Shown here: piece after piece, positions 23,605-36,609 of the stretch
How the letters are laid out: each line of letters opens with the position of its first letter
Position numbering within the stretch: the stretch's first letter is position 1
Assembly (NCBI GenBank): GCA_951406725.2
Contig: OX597821.1
Coordinates: 87,172,001-87,236,000 of the forward strand
Source of the DNA: Octopus vulgaris
Taxonomy: Eukaryota
Reading direction: 5' to 3'
Length of the DNA stretch: 64,000 nucleotides
Made by a program: the position numbers and the translations under genes
Notes under the pieces: generated by a model
The model's database searches: none
What the model was told of the DNA's origin: nothing
Seen by the model: only the letters and a program-made list of their open reading frames with translations

Positions 23605-24225
23605 AATTCTGAGCAATTTAATTGAGAACTTTTGTATGAGAACCCTTCAGAGAAAGCTAGCTTTATTACGGAACAATTTAATTGGCTGATAACTTGATTA
23701 AATTATCTTCTTTTACAGGAGAGCTCTATGTAGAAAGCTAGCTTTATTTATTTATTTATTTTTTTCTGAGCAATTTAATTGGCTGATAACTTGATTAAAT
23801 TATCTTCTTTTACAGGAGAGCTCTACAGAAGAAGTTAGCTTTATTCTGAGCAATTTAATTGGTTGATAACTTGATTAAATTATCTCCTTTAACAGAAGTG
23901 TTCTATCACATAATTTCTATTGTGTTGAATAATGACTGGAGAAAATATTTTCTTCTTCTTACTTTAACAGGTTGACAACTTGACTAAACTATATAATCTC
24001 TTATAGGTGCCTTTTTGTTTTGCATAGTTAACATTCTTTACATTGAGCAATAACTGTTGGTGGCAAATATTTTGCTTTAACTGGACAGTAACTCAATTAA
24101 ATTGTCTTCATTTCCACAGAAGAGCTCTAAAGAGAAGTTTCGTTGTGTTGAGTAATGGAGTGGAAAAAAAAAAGAACAATTTGCTTTAAATGATTGATTA
24201 CTTGTTTAAATTACCTTCTTTTAGC
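23605..24225 (+). repeat. Degenerate minisatellite, about 75-95-bp unit
   Basis: caatttaattggctgataacttgattaaattatcttcttttacaggagagctcta twice identically (about 23674, 23771), near-identically at 23851, decaying on both sides. Confidence 0.85.
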
Positions 24226-24405
24226 AAAGAATAATAGGCTTATTGAGAACAGTTTGATAGGTTGTGGCTATTGTTTTTAATTGTCATGTTATTTCTGATG
24301 AGGTTAACAATTATCTCTGCTTACATTGAGTCTTTCATTGGTGTACAAAAAATAAGACTTGAAGGATACAGATAATGTAGTGCTTCAAGAATCGAAAGTT
24401 AGTCC

Positions 24406-24705
24406 ATCATCATCATCATCATTGTTTAACGTCTGCTTTCCATGGTAGCATGGGTTGGACGATTTGACTGAGGACTGGCGAACCAGATGGATGCACCAGG
24501 CTTCAGTCTGATCTGGCAGAGTTTCTACAGTTGGATGTCCTTCCTAATGCCAACCACTCCGAGAGTGCAGTGGATGCTTTTACGTGCCACCGGCATGAGA
24601 GCCAGTCTGATAGTACTGGCAACGACCACGCTTGAAAATAGTGTTTTTTACATGCCACCTGCACAGGAGTCAGTCCAGCGGCACTGGCAATGACCTTGCT
24701 CAATG
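24406..24705 (-). mobile_element. Family D element
   Basis: (cat)n-gtttaacgtctgctttccatgg..ttttacgtgccaccggca. Confidence 0.85.
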
Positions 24706-25002
24706 TAAGAATATCTGTGGAAAGGGAATTCCAAAGAGTTTTACATCTAAGGATGAAGTACCATATGCAGTACTCAATGTAGTGTTTACAGAGAAATGAA
24801 ACTCAGGTCAAATACTCCAAAACAGAAATCGCCACAAGTTAAAATTTTTTTGTAGTAATCAATTAACGAGTGTGATACAGTTAGAGGGTTCTCAAAACCA
24901 GTGTGTGTTAAAACAAGAACAATTGTCCATTGGATGAAAATCATCATTAAACCTTTCATTGCGAAATAAAATTTCAAGGTTATTCCAGCAATGATGCTAA
25001 AT

Positions 25003-25353
25003 TTTTTTTTTTTTTAAGACCCCCTTCGGTCAGACACTGACCATGGGTTTGCACCTAGAGAGTTACCCTCTGAGGCACAAGTCTGGGCAAGGTTGTTTTA
25101 TGGAAGACCAGCAGTCGCCCATGCATACCGGTCTCCCCTCTCCATGTCACCGATGTTGTCCAAGGGAAAGGCAAAGGGGCCGATACAGCTTGGCACCTGT
25201 GACGTCGCAACTCATTTCTACAGCTGAGTGAACTGGAGCAACGTGAAATAAAGTGCCTTGCTCAAGAACACAACACGCAGCCCGGTCCGGGATTCGAGCT
25301 CACAACCTCACGATTGTAAGCTCGACGCTCTAACCACTGAGCCACGCGCCTTC
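25003..25353 (-). mobile_element. SINE family A, full length with poly(A)
   Basis: Reverse complement of 447-784; T-run 25002-25015; TSD atgatgc/ttaaat at 24991 and 25354. Confidence 0.9.
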
Positions 25354-25630
25354 ATGATGTTAAATATTTACCAAACTATAGAACTGGTATTTTCTGCAAG
25401 TCATGTTGCCTCAGTAAACTTGACATGAGAAAATAGTTTCAAAAAATGACATTCCTCAACAAAAGAATGATTGGTATATTAAACAGCTTTCTGCAGTTAA
25501 GGGTAATGAAATTTTGAGTGGATATATCTGCTTTCTATGGTAAAAAGGTTAAGAGTTGTTCACTAATCATGTGATGGCAGTCATCTGACTCATTTCTGTA
25601 GCGTAAAGAATTAAAACAAGAATTAATCAT

Positions 25631-25661
<31 letters not shown>

Positions 25662-25844
25662 TAACAATACATTGTGATGCATATTTAGGTCTTATACAAT
25701 AAAGGGCTACACAATATTAACATATATTTTTGGGTTCCGACTAGAAACAAGAAGTCAAACCTCATTGATGAGCTATTTAAAAGCGTTATTTCTATGATGC
25801 TCCCAGAAGTCACTTCAGAATGATGAGTTTAAATAAATAATATT

Positions 25845-26223
25845 CTTTTATTCTTTTTATTTCTTTCAGTCATTTGACTGCAGCCTTGCTGGAGCACCGC
25901 CTTTAGTCGAGCAAATCGACCCCGGGACTTATTCTTTGTAAGCCCAGTACTTATTGTATCGGTCTCTATTGCCGAACCGCTTAGTGACGGGGATGTAAAC
26001 ACACCAGCATTGGTTGCCAAGCGATGTTGGGGAACAAACATAGATGCACAAACACACACACATATATATGCGACAGGCTTCTTTCAGTTTCCATCTACCA
26101 AATCCACTCACAAGGCCTTGGTCAGCCTGAGGCAATAGTAGAAGACACTTGCCGAAGGTGCCATGCAGTGGGACTGAACCCAGAACCATGTGGTAGGTAA
26201 GCAAGCTACTTACCACACAGCCT
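25845..26223 (-). mobile_element. SINE family B
   Basis: Near-full copy. Confidence 0.9.
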
Positions 26224-26449
26224 TCTTATGGTACAGTAAGTTGATTTTTTTCTTTTTTGTTTTACATTATTTATCTCTTTGCAGTTCCTACTGATCATTC
26301 TCATGCTCTCTTGTAAGTGTGAGTAGCAAATTAGCTCCCCTGTAATATGAACCAGCTCTGTTGCAACCCCTTCTCTCATATGTGAATCTCTCATCTTCGA
26401 GCGTAAAGTCAATATTCCCCTAGGGTTTCATAGTCTTGTCGTCTCACTC

Positions 26450-26682
26450 ATTCCAGTGGGATGAAAAGAACACGCAATACTTGCTGTAAAATAGTTGGTA
26501 CTAAGAAGGGCATCAAGCCATAGAAACTATAAAAACCATATCCAGCCTTAAAAACCAAAGGAGACACTGGAGCACATTGCAGTCCTTGCATCAATTAGAT
26601 CCACTAAAATTTTCCAACCCAGACCAGCATGGAACATGGACATTACATGACAATGATGACAATGATGATGATGATGATGATG
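26450..26682 (+). mobile_element. Old family D element
   Basis: agttggtactaagaagggcatc..cagcatggaa..(gat)n. Confidence 0.7.
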
Positions 26683-27344
26683 AAATTCATTACCCTTCTG
26701 CCAGTACAAATCATTACTAGTTTCCTAGAGATCTAATGTTTAACCAAATGCATATTGAATCTTAAGATGAAAGAGGTTCTACAGTCAAGAGCTATTTATG
26801 TATGGCACGTCCCTCTTCAATGAATTAAGTAATGTTTATGTTTTGGTGTTGTTAAACGCTACAAGAGATTGTGAGATTCCCTTTGAAGAAGACAATGGAT
26901 TGCATTCTAGATTTAAAGAAGAAAAAAAATGCAAGCTGAATAGAATGATATGTTATATGCATAAGACTCTACAAGACTTGAAGAAGAGGAGAAGGCAGGT
27001 CCATAGACAATACTTGAAATGGTAGGCTTGGTAATTGAGAGGCTGCTCATTATCAGAGCAGTTAAATACTGTTGAATAGGAAGCTTACAGATTCTGCTGA
27101 TCCGACTTGATTATGGTATCTTTCTCTTTAACAAAAGAACTCTAGTGTGAAAGGTAGGTTTATTGTATACAGTAAAAGCTGAAGAGAAACATTTTGCTGT
27201 CGCAGGCTTTTCTATCTTTTTTAATGAGATTCTGCTTTTTAAATGTTGTTTATAATAATGGAAGAGGAGGAACGAACGCAGTTTTTAAGGTTACAGAAGA
27301 ATTTGTTTTGTGTCATATGCGTTAATCCATATATGTCTAGGCTG

Positions 27345-27424
27345 TGTGTGTATATTTATATATACACACACATATATATATACATATATATATATACATA
27401 CATACATACATATATATATATTTG

Positions 27425-27471
<47 letters not shown>

Positions 27472-27523
27472 GTATATATATATATATGTATATATATATA
27501 CATATATATATATACATATATAC

Positions 27524-27597
<74 letters not shown>

Positions 27598-27602
27598 ATA
27601 TG
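27345..27602. repeat. (TA)n microsatellite
   Basis: Direct reading. Confidence 0.97.
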
Positions 27603-27936
27603 CATCTAAGTTTGTGTGTATATGACAATAGGCTTGTATTTATTCTTCCTCCTCAGTAGTGGTTCGTTCTTACATTTTTCTTGTTGGTAGTAATGTGGTG
27701 TCTATCAGGAGCTGTGCTCGCCTCCTTTGCATGGGAGGGAGGGAGGGAGGTGGAGGTGGGATTATTCTGCTATTACAGGGAGGAGTTATTTGTTATTATG
27801 TTTTATGGATGGGAAGAAATTGTTCTCCTTTTGTTCTGGAGGTGTTCTATATAGAGGAAAGCTGTTTGCTTTTATAATCTGTCAATGAATGTATGCGTAC
27901 ATGAATGGAGGCATCTATGTGTTGTCTTATATGTGT

Positions 27937-27970
<34 letters not shown>

Positions 27971-27996
27971 ATAAATGAAATAGCCCTACCACCACC

Positions 27997-28028
<32 letters not shown>

Positions 28029-28413
28029 CAACAACGACTCTCTCTCTCTGATTCTCATTATTTTCTTAATGTTCTTAATTCTTTCTTTTCCCTTGGTTTT
28101 AATTAAATCTGAGCCAAGAACAAATCTATTCACAAAAACAACGTGAATAACAGCAACAGCAACAGTAGCAGCAGCAGCAGCAGCAGTAGCAGCAATAATA
28201 GCATCGGCAACTACAAGCACAACAACAACAAGTACAACTTCAGATATTGTCTATATCTGCCATCAAGCTATTAAAGCATAACTCATCTTCTTCCCGTCAC
28301 CAAACATTCCACACCCTAACTTGAAACTGGATCAGTAATGTAACATTCTGCAGACAAATCTAGCTCTTTGATTGGAAAATAAATCAATAAATGTGGGTGC
28401 AGCAATGCAATAA

Positions 28414-28428
28414 ACACACACACATATT

Positions 28429-28519
<91 letters not shown>

Positions 28520-28681
28520 ATATATTTATATATGTGTATGTATATATAGATATATGTATATATATATATATATACATACACACACACACACATATATATA
28601 TATATATGTATGTATGTATATATGTTTATATATATATATATATACATATATTTATATATATATACACATATATATATATAT

Positions 28682-28718
<37 letters not shown>

Positions 28719-28878
28719 CAAATACACACGTGTATGCATGTATATGCATATAAACATGTATGTGTGTGTGTGTGTATATATATATACACACATAGATAAG
28801 TGTGTGTGTGCATATATATATACACACTCACACATACACTTACATATGTATCTATATATATATATATATATATTATAT

Positions 28879-28925
<47 letters not shown>

Positions 28926-28966
28926 GATAGATAGATAGAGAGCTAGATATATACATGCACACACAG

Positions 28967-28993
<27 letters not shown>
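28414..28993. repeat. (TA)n/(CA)n/(TG)n compound microsatellite
   Basis: Direct reading. Confidence 0.95.
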
Positions 28994-28997
<4 letters not shown>

Positions 28998-29848
28998 TAG
29001 GCTCTAAGAAATGGTGATGGAGTGTGAAGGAAAACAGGGAGAGAAGCAAAGGAAGAAGATGAAAGCAAGGGAAATACTGGTGAAAACAGCAAGAACTGAG
29101 AAAGAATTTCTGAAATATGTTCACTCAATTCCATTAAAATAATAAATAAATAGCCGAATAAAATACTATACACCATTTATCAAGTAGAAAATGTGAGTTA
29201 TTCAAGAAACCAAAACACATGAGAAATTTGATTACAAAAGAAGGCAAAAAAATCTATTATGGTTATTATCACTACTGGGAAAAGTGTAGTAAAAATGCTA
29301 GAAATGTTTCTCTTGTTTTACGTCTGTTTTTCCATGGTGGCATGGGTTAGACAAATATGTTATTGTGGCATTTGTTTTATAGATAGATGCTCTTCCTGAC
29401 ACTAAATATTACTTCTTTTTTTTAAGTAAGTAGTGAATCCTTTATACTACATGGCTTTGAAGACATGATGTGAATGGATAATCTATTGACAAGAGAAAGG
29501 AGAAGTACCAACAGGAACGTCACTAAAACGTTATGACCTTGGTATAACAAAGAGGCAGATGTAAAGAAATCCATAGACATCTTTTATCTGTTATCTTTCA
29601 CTTGTTTCAGTCATTAAGCTGTGGCCAAGCTGGAGCACTGCCTTGAAGGGTTTTAGATGAAGGGATCAACCCCAGGACTTACTTAATTTTTTAAAAGCCT
29701 TGTACTTATTCTATTGGTCACTTTTGCAGAAATGTTGAGTTACAGGGATGTAAACACACCAGCACTGGTTATCAAGTGATGGCGGAGACAATCACTTACA
29801 ACAAAAACACTCATATATATATATATATATATCTATATATATATATAC

Positions 29849-30025
29849 ACACAACTATGAGAGAGAATCCACTATGTGGACGCTCTTACGCTAGATATAG
29901 ATCTGCAAAGGGACTCAACCACTAAGAATTATTCCTTGAGAACAATTCTTAGTGGTTCAGTCCCTTTGCAGATCTATATCTAGCGTAAGAGCGTCCACAT
30001 AGTGGATTCTCTCTTATAGTTGTGT
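29849..30025. repeat. About 177-bp near-perfect palindrome next to (TA)n (inverted pLTR-like)
   Basis: acacaactatgagagagaatccactatgtggacgctcttacgctagatatagatctgcaaagggact... followed by its reverse complement; right arm homologous to 30298-30380. Confidence 0.9.
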
Positions 30026-30158
30026 ATTAATAATATTTACTGAATCTCAGTCTCTTATACGCTAAGCCACTGGTGTTTAAATTGATGTTATTAAATTAAT
30101 ATACGATTTTTTCACCCTCTTCTTGACTTTATATATATATATATATATATATGGATGG

Positions 30159-30231
30159 TCACACTGAAGATCTATTGACAAATTGCATAAGTAAAATTAT
30201 GTAATCTGTTAATAGTGAAACATGTATGTGA
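30159..30231 (+). ncRNA. Minimal type-I hammerhead ribozyme fold (Penelope-like pLTR type)
   Basis: tcaca-CTGAAGA-t-[ctattgaca..ttgcataa/ttatgtaa..tgttaatag]-t-GAAA-catg-TA-tgtga: stem I tcaca/tgtga, long stem II, palindromic ACATGT stem III; T-T mismatch at the base of stem II. Confidence 0.7.
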
Positions 30232-30382
30232 ATAATCTATATTTTTGTTACTTTCCATTTGTCTTGCTCGCTTACGTTCTGGTGTTTGCTAAATTTTTCT
30301 TGAGAACATTTCTTAGTGGTAACACTATAACGGATCTACTTCTAGCATAAGGGCTGTCCACATAGTGGTCATCCCTCTCATA

Positions 30383-30428
<46 letters not shown>

Positions 30429-30624
30429 ACAGGCTTCTTTCAGTTTTCTTCAACCAAATCCACTCACAAGGTTTTAGTTGGCCTGGGGTGATTGGAACAT
30501 CAATTAACATGATATTTTGAAGAAAGGTTTTAATCAAAAGCATTTTAAAATAGGGAGTTTGTACCATAGAACCAAGGCTAGTTTCAGGTGGGTTGATACC
30601 AAAATGGTTAATATGGCTTTAAGC

Positions 30625-30925
30625 ACATGCATTGCTGCACAGGTAAGAAGTTTGATTTTCAACCATGTGGCTTTGCATTTGGTCCCAGTTGGACAATTGT
30701 CTTTTGCTACAGTTCTGGGCTGACCAAAGCTTTGTGAGTGGATTTGATAACAAAAAACTGAAGAAGCCCATCATATGTGTGTTTGTGTGTGTGTGTGTGA
30801 TTTGCATTTGTGTGCATGTCAGCAGTAAACTGGCAAAATCATAAGCATGCTGGATGAAATGCTTAGCAGTATTTCACCTGTCTTTATGTTTTGAGTTCGT
30901 ATTCCGCTAGGGTCAACTCTGCTTT
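30625..30925 (+). mobile_element. Old SINE B 5' half followed by old SINE C 5' part
   Basis: gtgagtggatttgataacaaaaaactgaagaagccc; cagtaaactggcaaaatc..tgagttcgtattccgc. Confidence 0.7.
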
Positions 30926-31038
30926 ATACACCCTGGCATGGCTGTGTCGTAAGAAGCTTGCTTCCTAGCCAACATGGTTCCAGGGTTCAGTCCCACTTCG
31001 TGGCAACTTGGGCAAGTGTCTTCCGCCAACTTGTAGCC

Positions 31039-31084
<46 letters not shown>

Positions 31085-31727
31085 TATTGTCGATGTGAGA
31101 ACTATTACTACCCATGTATTTTAATTTAACTTTAAAAAAAAAAAAAATGAACGAACTAGTGAGTTTAGTTTAATGGCCTACTAATGTATACTATGAGTTT
31201 CTTTGCCCTAGGAGTCGGGAAGACACTCGGCAAGAAATGGAAGCAAATTTGAAAGAAGAAGAAAAAAAAGATAACAATAATAATAATAATAATATTAATG
31301 GTAATAATAGAGGGTGCTTGAAAAATAAGGGTTGTTACCTCAGTTCACTAGTAAGGAACAGCTGACACCTTACTACTCTGTAACTTACATATTACCAATT
31401 TTACTATCAATTGCTACTCACAATCTCCCCTCCTCCTCGTCCACGGTATCAAGTCAGTGGTATCAACCACTACTGATTTACTACTGACTTCTCCAATCAC
31501 CACCACCATCACCACAACCACCATCACCATTGTCATAACAGTCACTACTAATACAAAAGCCCCTACATGATCGACTGATCTACAAGAAATAACAACTAAA
31601 TTCCCAGACAGTATACACTTCAGCCAATGTGAAACGCAAAATGTGATCTTACGTAACATTAAAAAGATCGCTGTGACTGGAATATCTTCGTCAAAGGTCT
31701 TGCTTGATCAGGATTGACCTGGGGCTA

Positions 31728-31806
<79 letters not shown>

Positions 31807-31935
31807 TAAGAAACCACCAACCACAACTACCACTGCTACACACCACCACCATCACCACTGCTGCCGCTGCTGCCCCCCACCACTGCTGCTACCTCTGACG
31901 GTGCTGCCATCACCGCACCACCGCCCAAACTTTAC

Positions 31936-31959
31936 CAGTCATCAAACAAAGAGATCCAT
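31936..31959 (-). CDS. Candidate 24-nt phase-1 microexon (D-GSLCLMT)
   Basis: Minus strand: ttttgttttgcttttgctgactag|ATGGATCTCTTTGTTTGATGACTG|gtaaag; two TGC motifs just upstream of the acceptor; length 3n. Confidence 0.5.
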
Positions 31960-32123
31960 CTAGTCAGCAAAAGCAAAACAAAAGATAACACACAGGGAAG
32001 CTGAAAGGAATAAAGGCGAGATGACCTTATACATTTTGCCAAACTCCACCATCCCGCAGCATGTCCAGGCGCCACATCAGAAGAACCAACGACAAGACAA
32101 GTTTGTTTTAGGGCGGGGTGCTG

Positions 32124-32170
<47 letters not shown>

Positions 32171-32354
32171 TACATGAGGGTGTGGTGCAGACAAGATATG
32201 TACATACATAAATAAATAAATTCATGGAACGACTTGACACAATAGACAACATTTTTATTAAATGTTACCAATTGCTGCTGTTCAAGTGTGTGTGATGTGT
32301 GTGTACATGTTTGTGATGGTGTGTGTGTGTGTGTGTGTACATGTTTGTATGTGT

Positions 32355-32386
<32 letters not shown>

Positions 32387-32608
32387 ACATGTTTGTATGT
32401 GTATGTCTGTGTGTGTGAGTGTGTATGCAGGAGCTGTGTTCATGTATGGATATATTATATATGGTTATATATATATCATTGTATTGAGTATCATGTTAGA
32501 TGGTAATATTATACACATAGACAGAGAATATAAAATATATACAGCAATACATATACATCATAGATGCAAATATGCATAACTAGTTCTTTCTTGCTACATA
32601 ATATATCT

Positions 32609-32639
<31 letters not shown>

Positions 32640-32640
32640 C

Positions 32641-32699
<59 letters not shown>

Positions 32700-33729
32700 C
32701 ATATAAAGACATATACACACATATATATACATATATATACATATAAAGACATATACACACATATATACATACATACACACACACACATTAAGGCATCAAG
32801 CTGATTGAGTTTAGTGATTGTCATAAAATAAAAATAAAATATATTCATATACATATATCATACATACATACATTCATATATATACATGGATGTAAAAACT
32901 TATGAGTAAAGGGATGGTTGCATCGTTAAGAAGTTTGTTTCTCAATCATATGGTTTTGGGTTCAATCCCACAGCTCAGCTCCTTATTTATAGAACATATG
33001 CTTATTAAACTTTACCAAGAAGTTGTGATAGTAGCTTAAATATTCAACTGACTAGTCCTTTGTCAGATAGTCAGATGTAGGCTGCAGGTTGAAATCTAGA
33101 AGTCATTATAACCCCTTGTCATATAAATGTTTGACATCATAAGAATTTTGTAAACTCTTGAGAGAATGTGAAATGATCCTTTTTTGGAATAGTGAATCAC
33201 AAAGTGCACACAAACCAACCATATGTTAGATATACAGCTTCTTGTATCAGTACACAAGACAAGTACACACACACCACGATTTTATGTATATGTATACATA
33301 TACACACACACACATATATAATATATATACTTGTATTTATATTCTCTTTTATATATATTCTACTTATTATACAACATTACTCTTTTATGTACACTTTTTT
33401 ATGTACATTCCTTTATGTACACTGATTTGTTCTGCTTTTTTATGTTTAACCCTATAGTCTCTTATGTGGTGGTTTAATAAAGTATGTGATTGAGTATTAT
33501 CTAGTAATTGATATTTGATTTAGATGTATTTCTCCATTTTCTTATCTTGTATTAGTAATTTGTGGTAAATCATTTTACCTTTGCCCATATAATACAGTAA
33601 ATGAATTGATTGCATCGCAATCATTAACATTTATGTATTAACTTTGTTGGGTACTTCACTAGCAGTATATTGGATATATGTTATCCCATAGAGGGTTGCA
33701 TTTACAACCCCTATCTCAATTTGTATATA

Positions 33730-33783
<54 letters not shown>

Positions 33784-33924
33784 TATATATATATACACAT
33801 ATGTATATATACATATACATACATACAAGTAATGGACTCACAAAGGCATATGGCCATTGTCTTTTCTCATTTCTCTTCTCAAAGAATTTATATAAGACTT
33901 TATATTAAAGGCTATTATTATTAA

Positions 33925-34144
33925 CCCTTTCATTAGCAACCCGGCTGAAACCAGCTCTGGCTCTGAGTACAAATTTCTTGTTTTCATAAGTTTTGAATTA
34001 AAATCTTCCACCAAGCCATAGTCACAATTTATGCTCCTAACACTAGCTGAATGATAACTAAGTTATTTTACTAAATTCTTTCTTATATTGAAAGTAATTG
34101 AAAGAAATACAGAGAATCACAAAATAAATACAGTAACGAAAGGA
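33925..34144 (+). mobile_element. piggyBac-type MITE, copy 3
   Basis: TTAA|CCCTTTC...GTAACGAAAGGA|TTAA; same interior as copy 1. Confidence 0.88.
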
Positions 34145-35099
34145 TTAAAACATCAAGCTGATAGAGTTTAGTGATTATTTTTTTTTTAATTGCTTTGCAG
34201 CATTTGCTTTGGCTCTTTACATGCAGGGTTCAAATTCTGCTGTGGTCAATTTTATTTTTCATCCTCTATGGAGTCAATAAAATAAAGCATTAATCAAATA
34301 CCCCCGTCCCCAGTAAAACCTGCTGGACTCGCATTGAAATTAGAAACACATTATTATTTTTGAATGAGAGAGCAGTGCATGCCCTCAAAGTGACACTGAG
34401 GTACAAATATATGAAGCCCAGTATACCCATCATGACCACCTGTCTGAGAATGGTACACCAGGTACAAGCATCATAACCATGAGTGCGTGACATGGTGATC
34501 TCATATCAAGACAAACAGTGCATGATCTTGCAGCTGGGGCCCAGTTAGAATTTTCTTCAGGTCAAGTAGCCTACCCCACTCAAAAGGTCCTTGAATAAGA
34601 GTTGTTGAAGGATGTTGAAAGAAACACCCATGTTTCCAGAAGTGTATTCCTCGCAAGAATTCCTCACAACACGTGGCTATGATACTCCCCCACTACTTCT
34701 GCTCATGATTAGAGATGCACATATCCAGGAATATTTTCTTCCATGAAAATGATGCTGGATAAAGTGTGTGGCTTCAAAAGGGGACCACTTCGAAGGAGAT
34801 TAAATGCTGAGTTGATATGTTTTAGACCTTGCTTTTTATAGTGCCGGTCTCGATGCTTTTTGACCAGACGTCATACTGTGTCACACTGATTCTCCCAAGG
34901 ATTGCTTTCAAGGTACATATGTCTCTGGAATACTCAACCACTTACATACCAAATCAATAAACTTGGTAGTTCATTTTAATGAATATTGGAAAACTTACAA
35001 GGGGAAATTATGGTTGCAATCAGTTGGCAGGTTGGCTGAATAGTTAGCATGCCAGACGATTGGTTGCTTAAAGGTATCTGTTCTAACTCTTTGCATTCA

Positions 35100-35300
35100 T
35101 TATCATCATCATTATCATTTAGCATCTGTACACCATGCTGGCATGGGTTGGATGGTTTCATAAAGATCCGACAGGTCAGAGAACTGTGTCAGGCATCCAA
35201 TATCTGTTTTAGCATGATTTCTATGGCTGGATGCCTTTCCTAATACCAATCATGTTACAATATGTACTGGATGCTTTTTTTTTTGTCACCAGGACTAATC
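35100..35300 (-). mobile_element. Family D element
   Basis: ccatgctggcatgggttgga..ggctggatgcc. Confidence 0.75.
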
Positions 35301-35516
35301 AGATTGTCAAGTATCACTACTGAGGTCGTCAGGTGTAAAGGTGGCTTAATCCAGGTGCTGGGAGGCCAAAGCTTGATGGAGGGGTAGGGACAGATGTATC
35401 ACAGTAGAGGTGATACATAGCTACAATGAGTTCAAATTTCACCTTCTACTATGGTTTCCACATGATGGGAAGCAGGGCCTTCAGAACCTGGTTAACAGTG
35501 ATAGGTCTCCAATATC

Positions 35517-35716
35517 TGTTTCTTTATTGCCCACAAGGGGCTAAACATAGAGGGGACAAACAAGGACAGACAAACGGATTAAGTCGATTACATCGACCCC
35601 AGTGCATAACTGGTACTTAATTTATCGACCCCGAAAGGATGAAAGGCAAAGTCAACCTCAGCGGAATTTGAACTCAGAACGCAACGACAGACGCAATACC
35701 GCTAAACATTTCGCCC
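35517..35716 (-). mobile_element. 5'-truncated SINE family C
   Basis: Perfect 13-bp TSD ggtctccaatatc at 35504-35516 and 35717-35729. Confidence 0.92.
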
Positions 35717-36609
35717 GGTCTCCAATATCATCAGACGAAGTGACCTATCAAGTGGAACACCACTTCAGCGGCATCGATGTTTACCGAAATGGGTTAAAGA
35801 GGGAACATGCCAGACAGGAGCACACTATAGCACTTTCAGAAGCCTAGCTTTGTTTTAATATTTCTGAGACACTAATTTCATCATATCGTCCTGTGAGTCC
35901 GTTTCTGATTAAAACCGTTTCCTGTCTCATGCTGGGAATTTTTTCATATGTTAAAAATTGTCTGATTATTGTTGTCAGGAGCTCTCAAAACTATTCTAAT
36001 AATAAATCATCTGAGAAATAGAAATATGTAATTATCAGAGCCATGTTTATTCATTCTGTGGGTGTGCCACTCTTATGGCGTAGTCAGCTGATCAATCATA
36101 ATGGTGTCAACAAGGCAAAAGAAAAAAAAACGAGAAAAACTATCATGTATTTTCATCATATACAAAAAAAACCTAATAGTGTATATAATATTTGAATGTA
36201 GCAAAATACACGAAACATACAAGAGATAGGCAATGTTTATAATGATGATGATTGTGATAATGATGATAATGTTGACATACAGACAAGACTTACAACAAGG
36301 ATGATGACAGGAGTGACAAAGGAAATTAAACCAAATTAAATGTGAATTATATGAAATTTTTTTTATCTGGCTGCTATGTAAATAAATGAATTAATGATGA
36401 GTGTTTCTAATTTTGGCACAAAGTTTGGGACTAGAGGACTGGACAATTGAGTGGGCATTACATGCAAAATTATATTGTTGTTTTAAGATCCACTCTTCCG
36501 TGCTTGGATGGGTCAGACAGAATTCATTGAGGCAGATTTTCTATGGCTGGACATCCTTCTTGACACATTCTAAGTACTATTTGATCAATTCCACAGGGAG
36601 AACAAATAA

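Larger units (their letters stand above)
29582..30490 (-). mobile_element. Old SINE B split at its internal (TA)n by palindromic and hammerhead units
   Basis: 3' half 29582-29810, 5' part 30424-30490. Confidence 0.75.

Noticed and set aside
31339-31377. 39-nt minus-strand exon candidate
   Set aside because: No pyrimidine tract, and stop codon in phase 1
34320-34730. Possible additional interspersed repeat
   Set aside because: Single copy in the window, with no termini or TSD I could define
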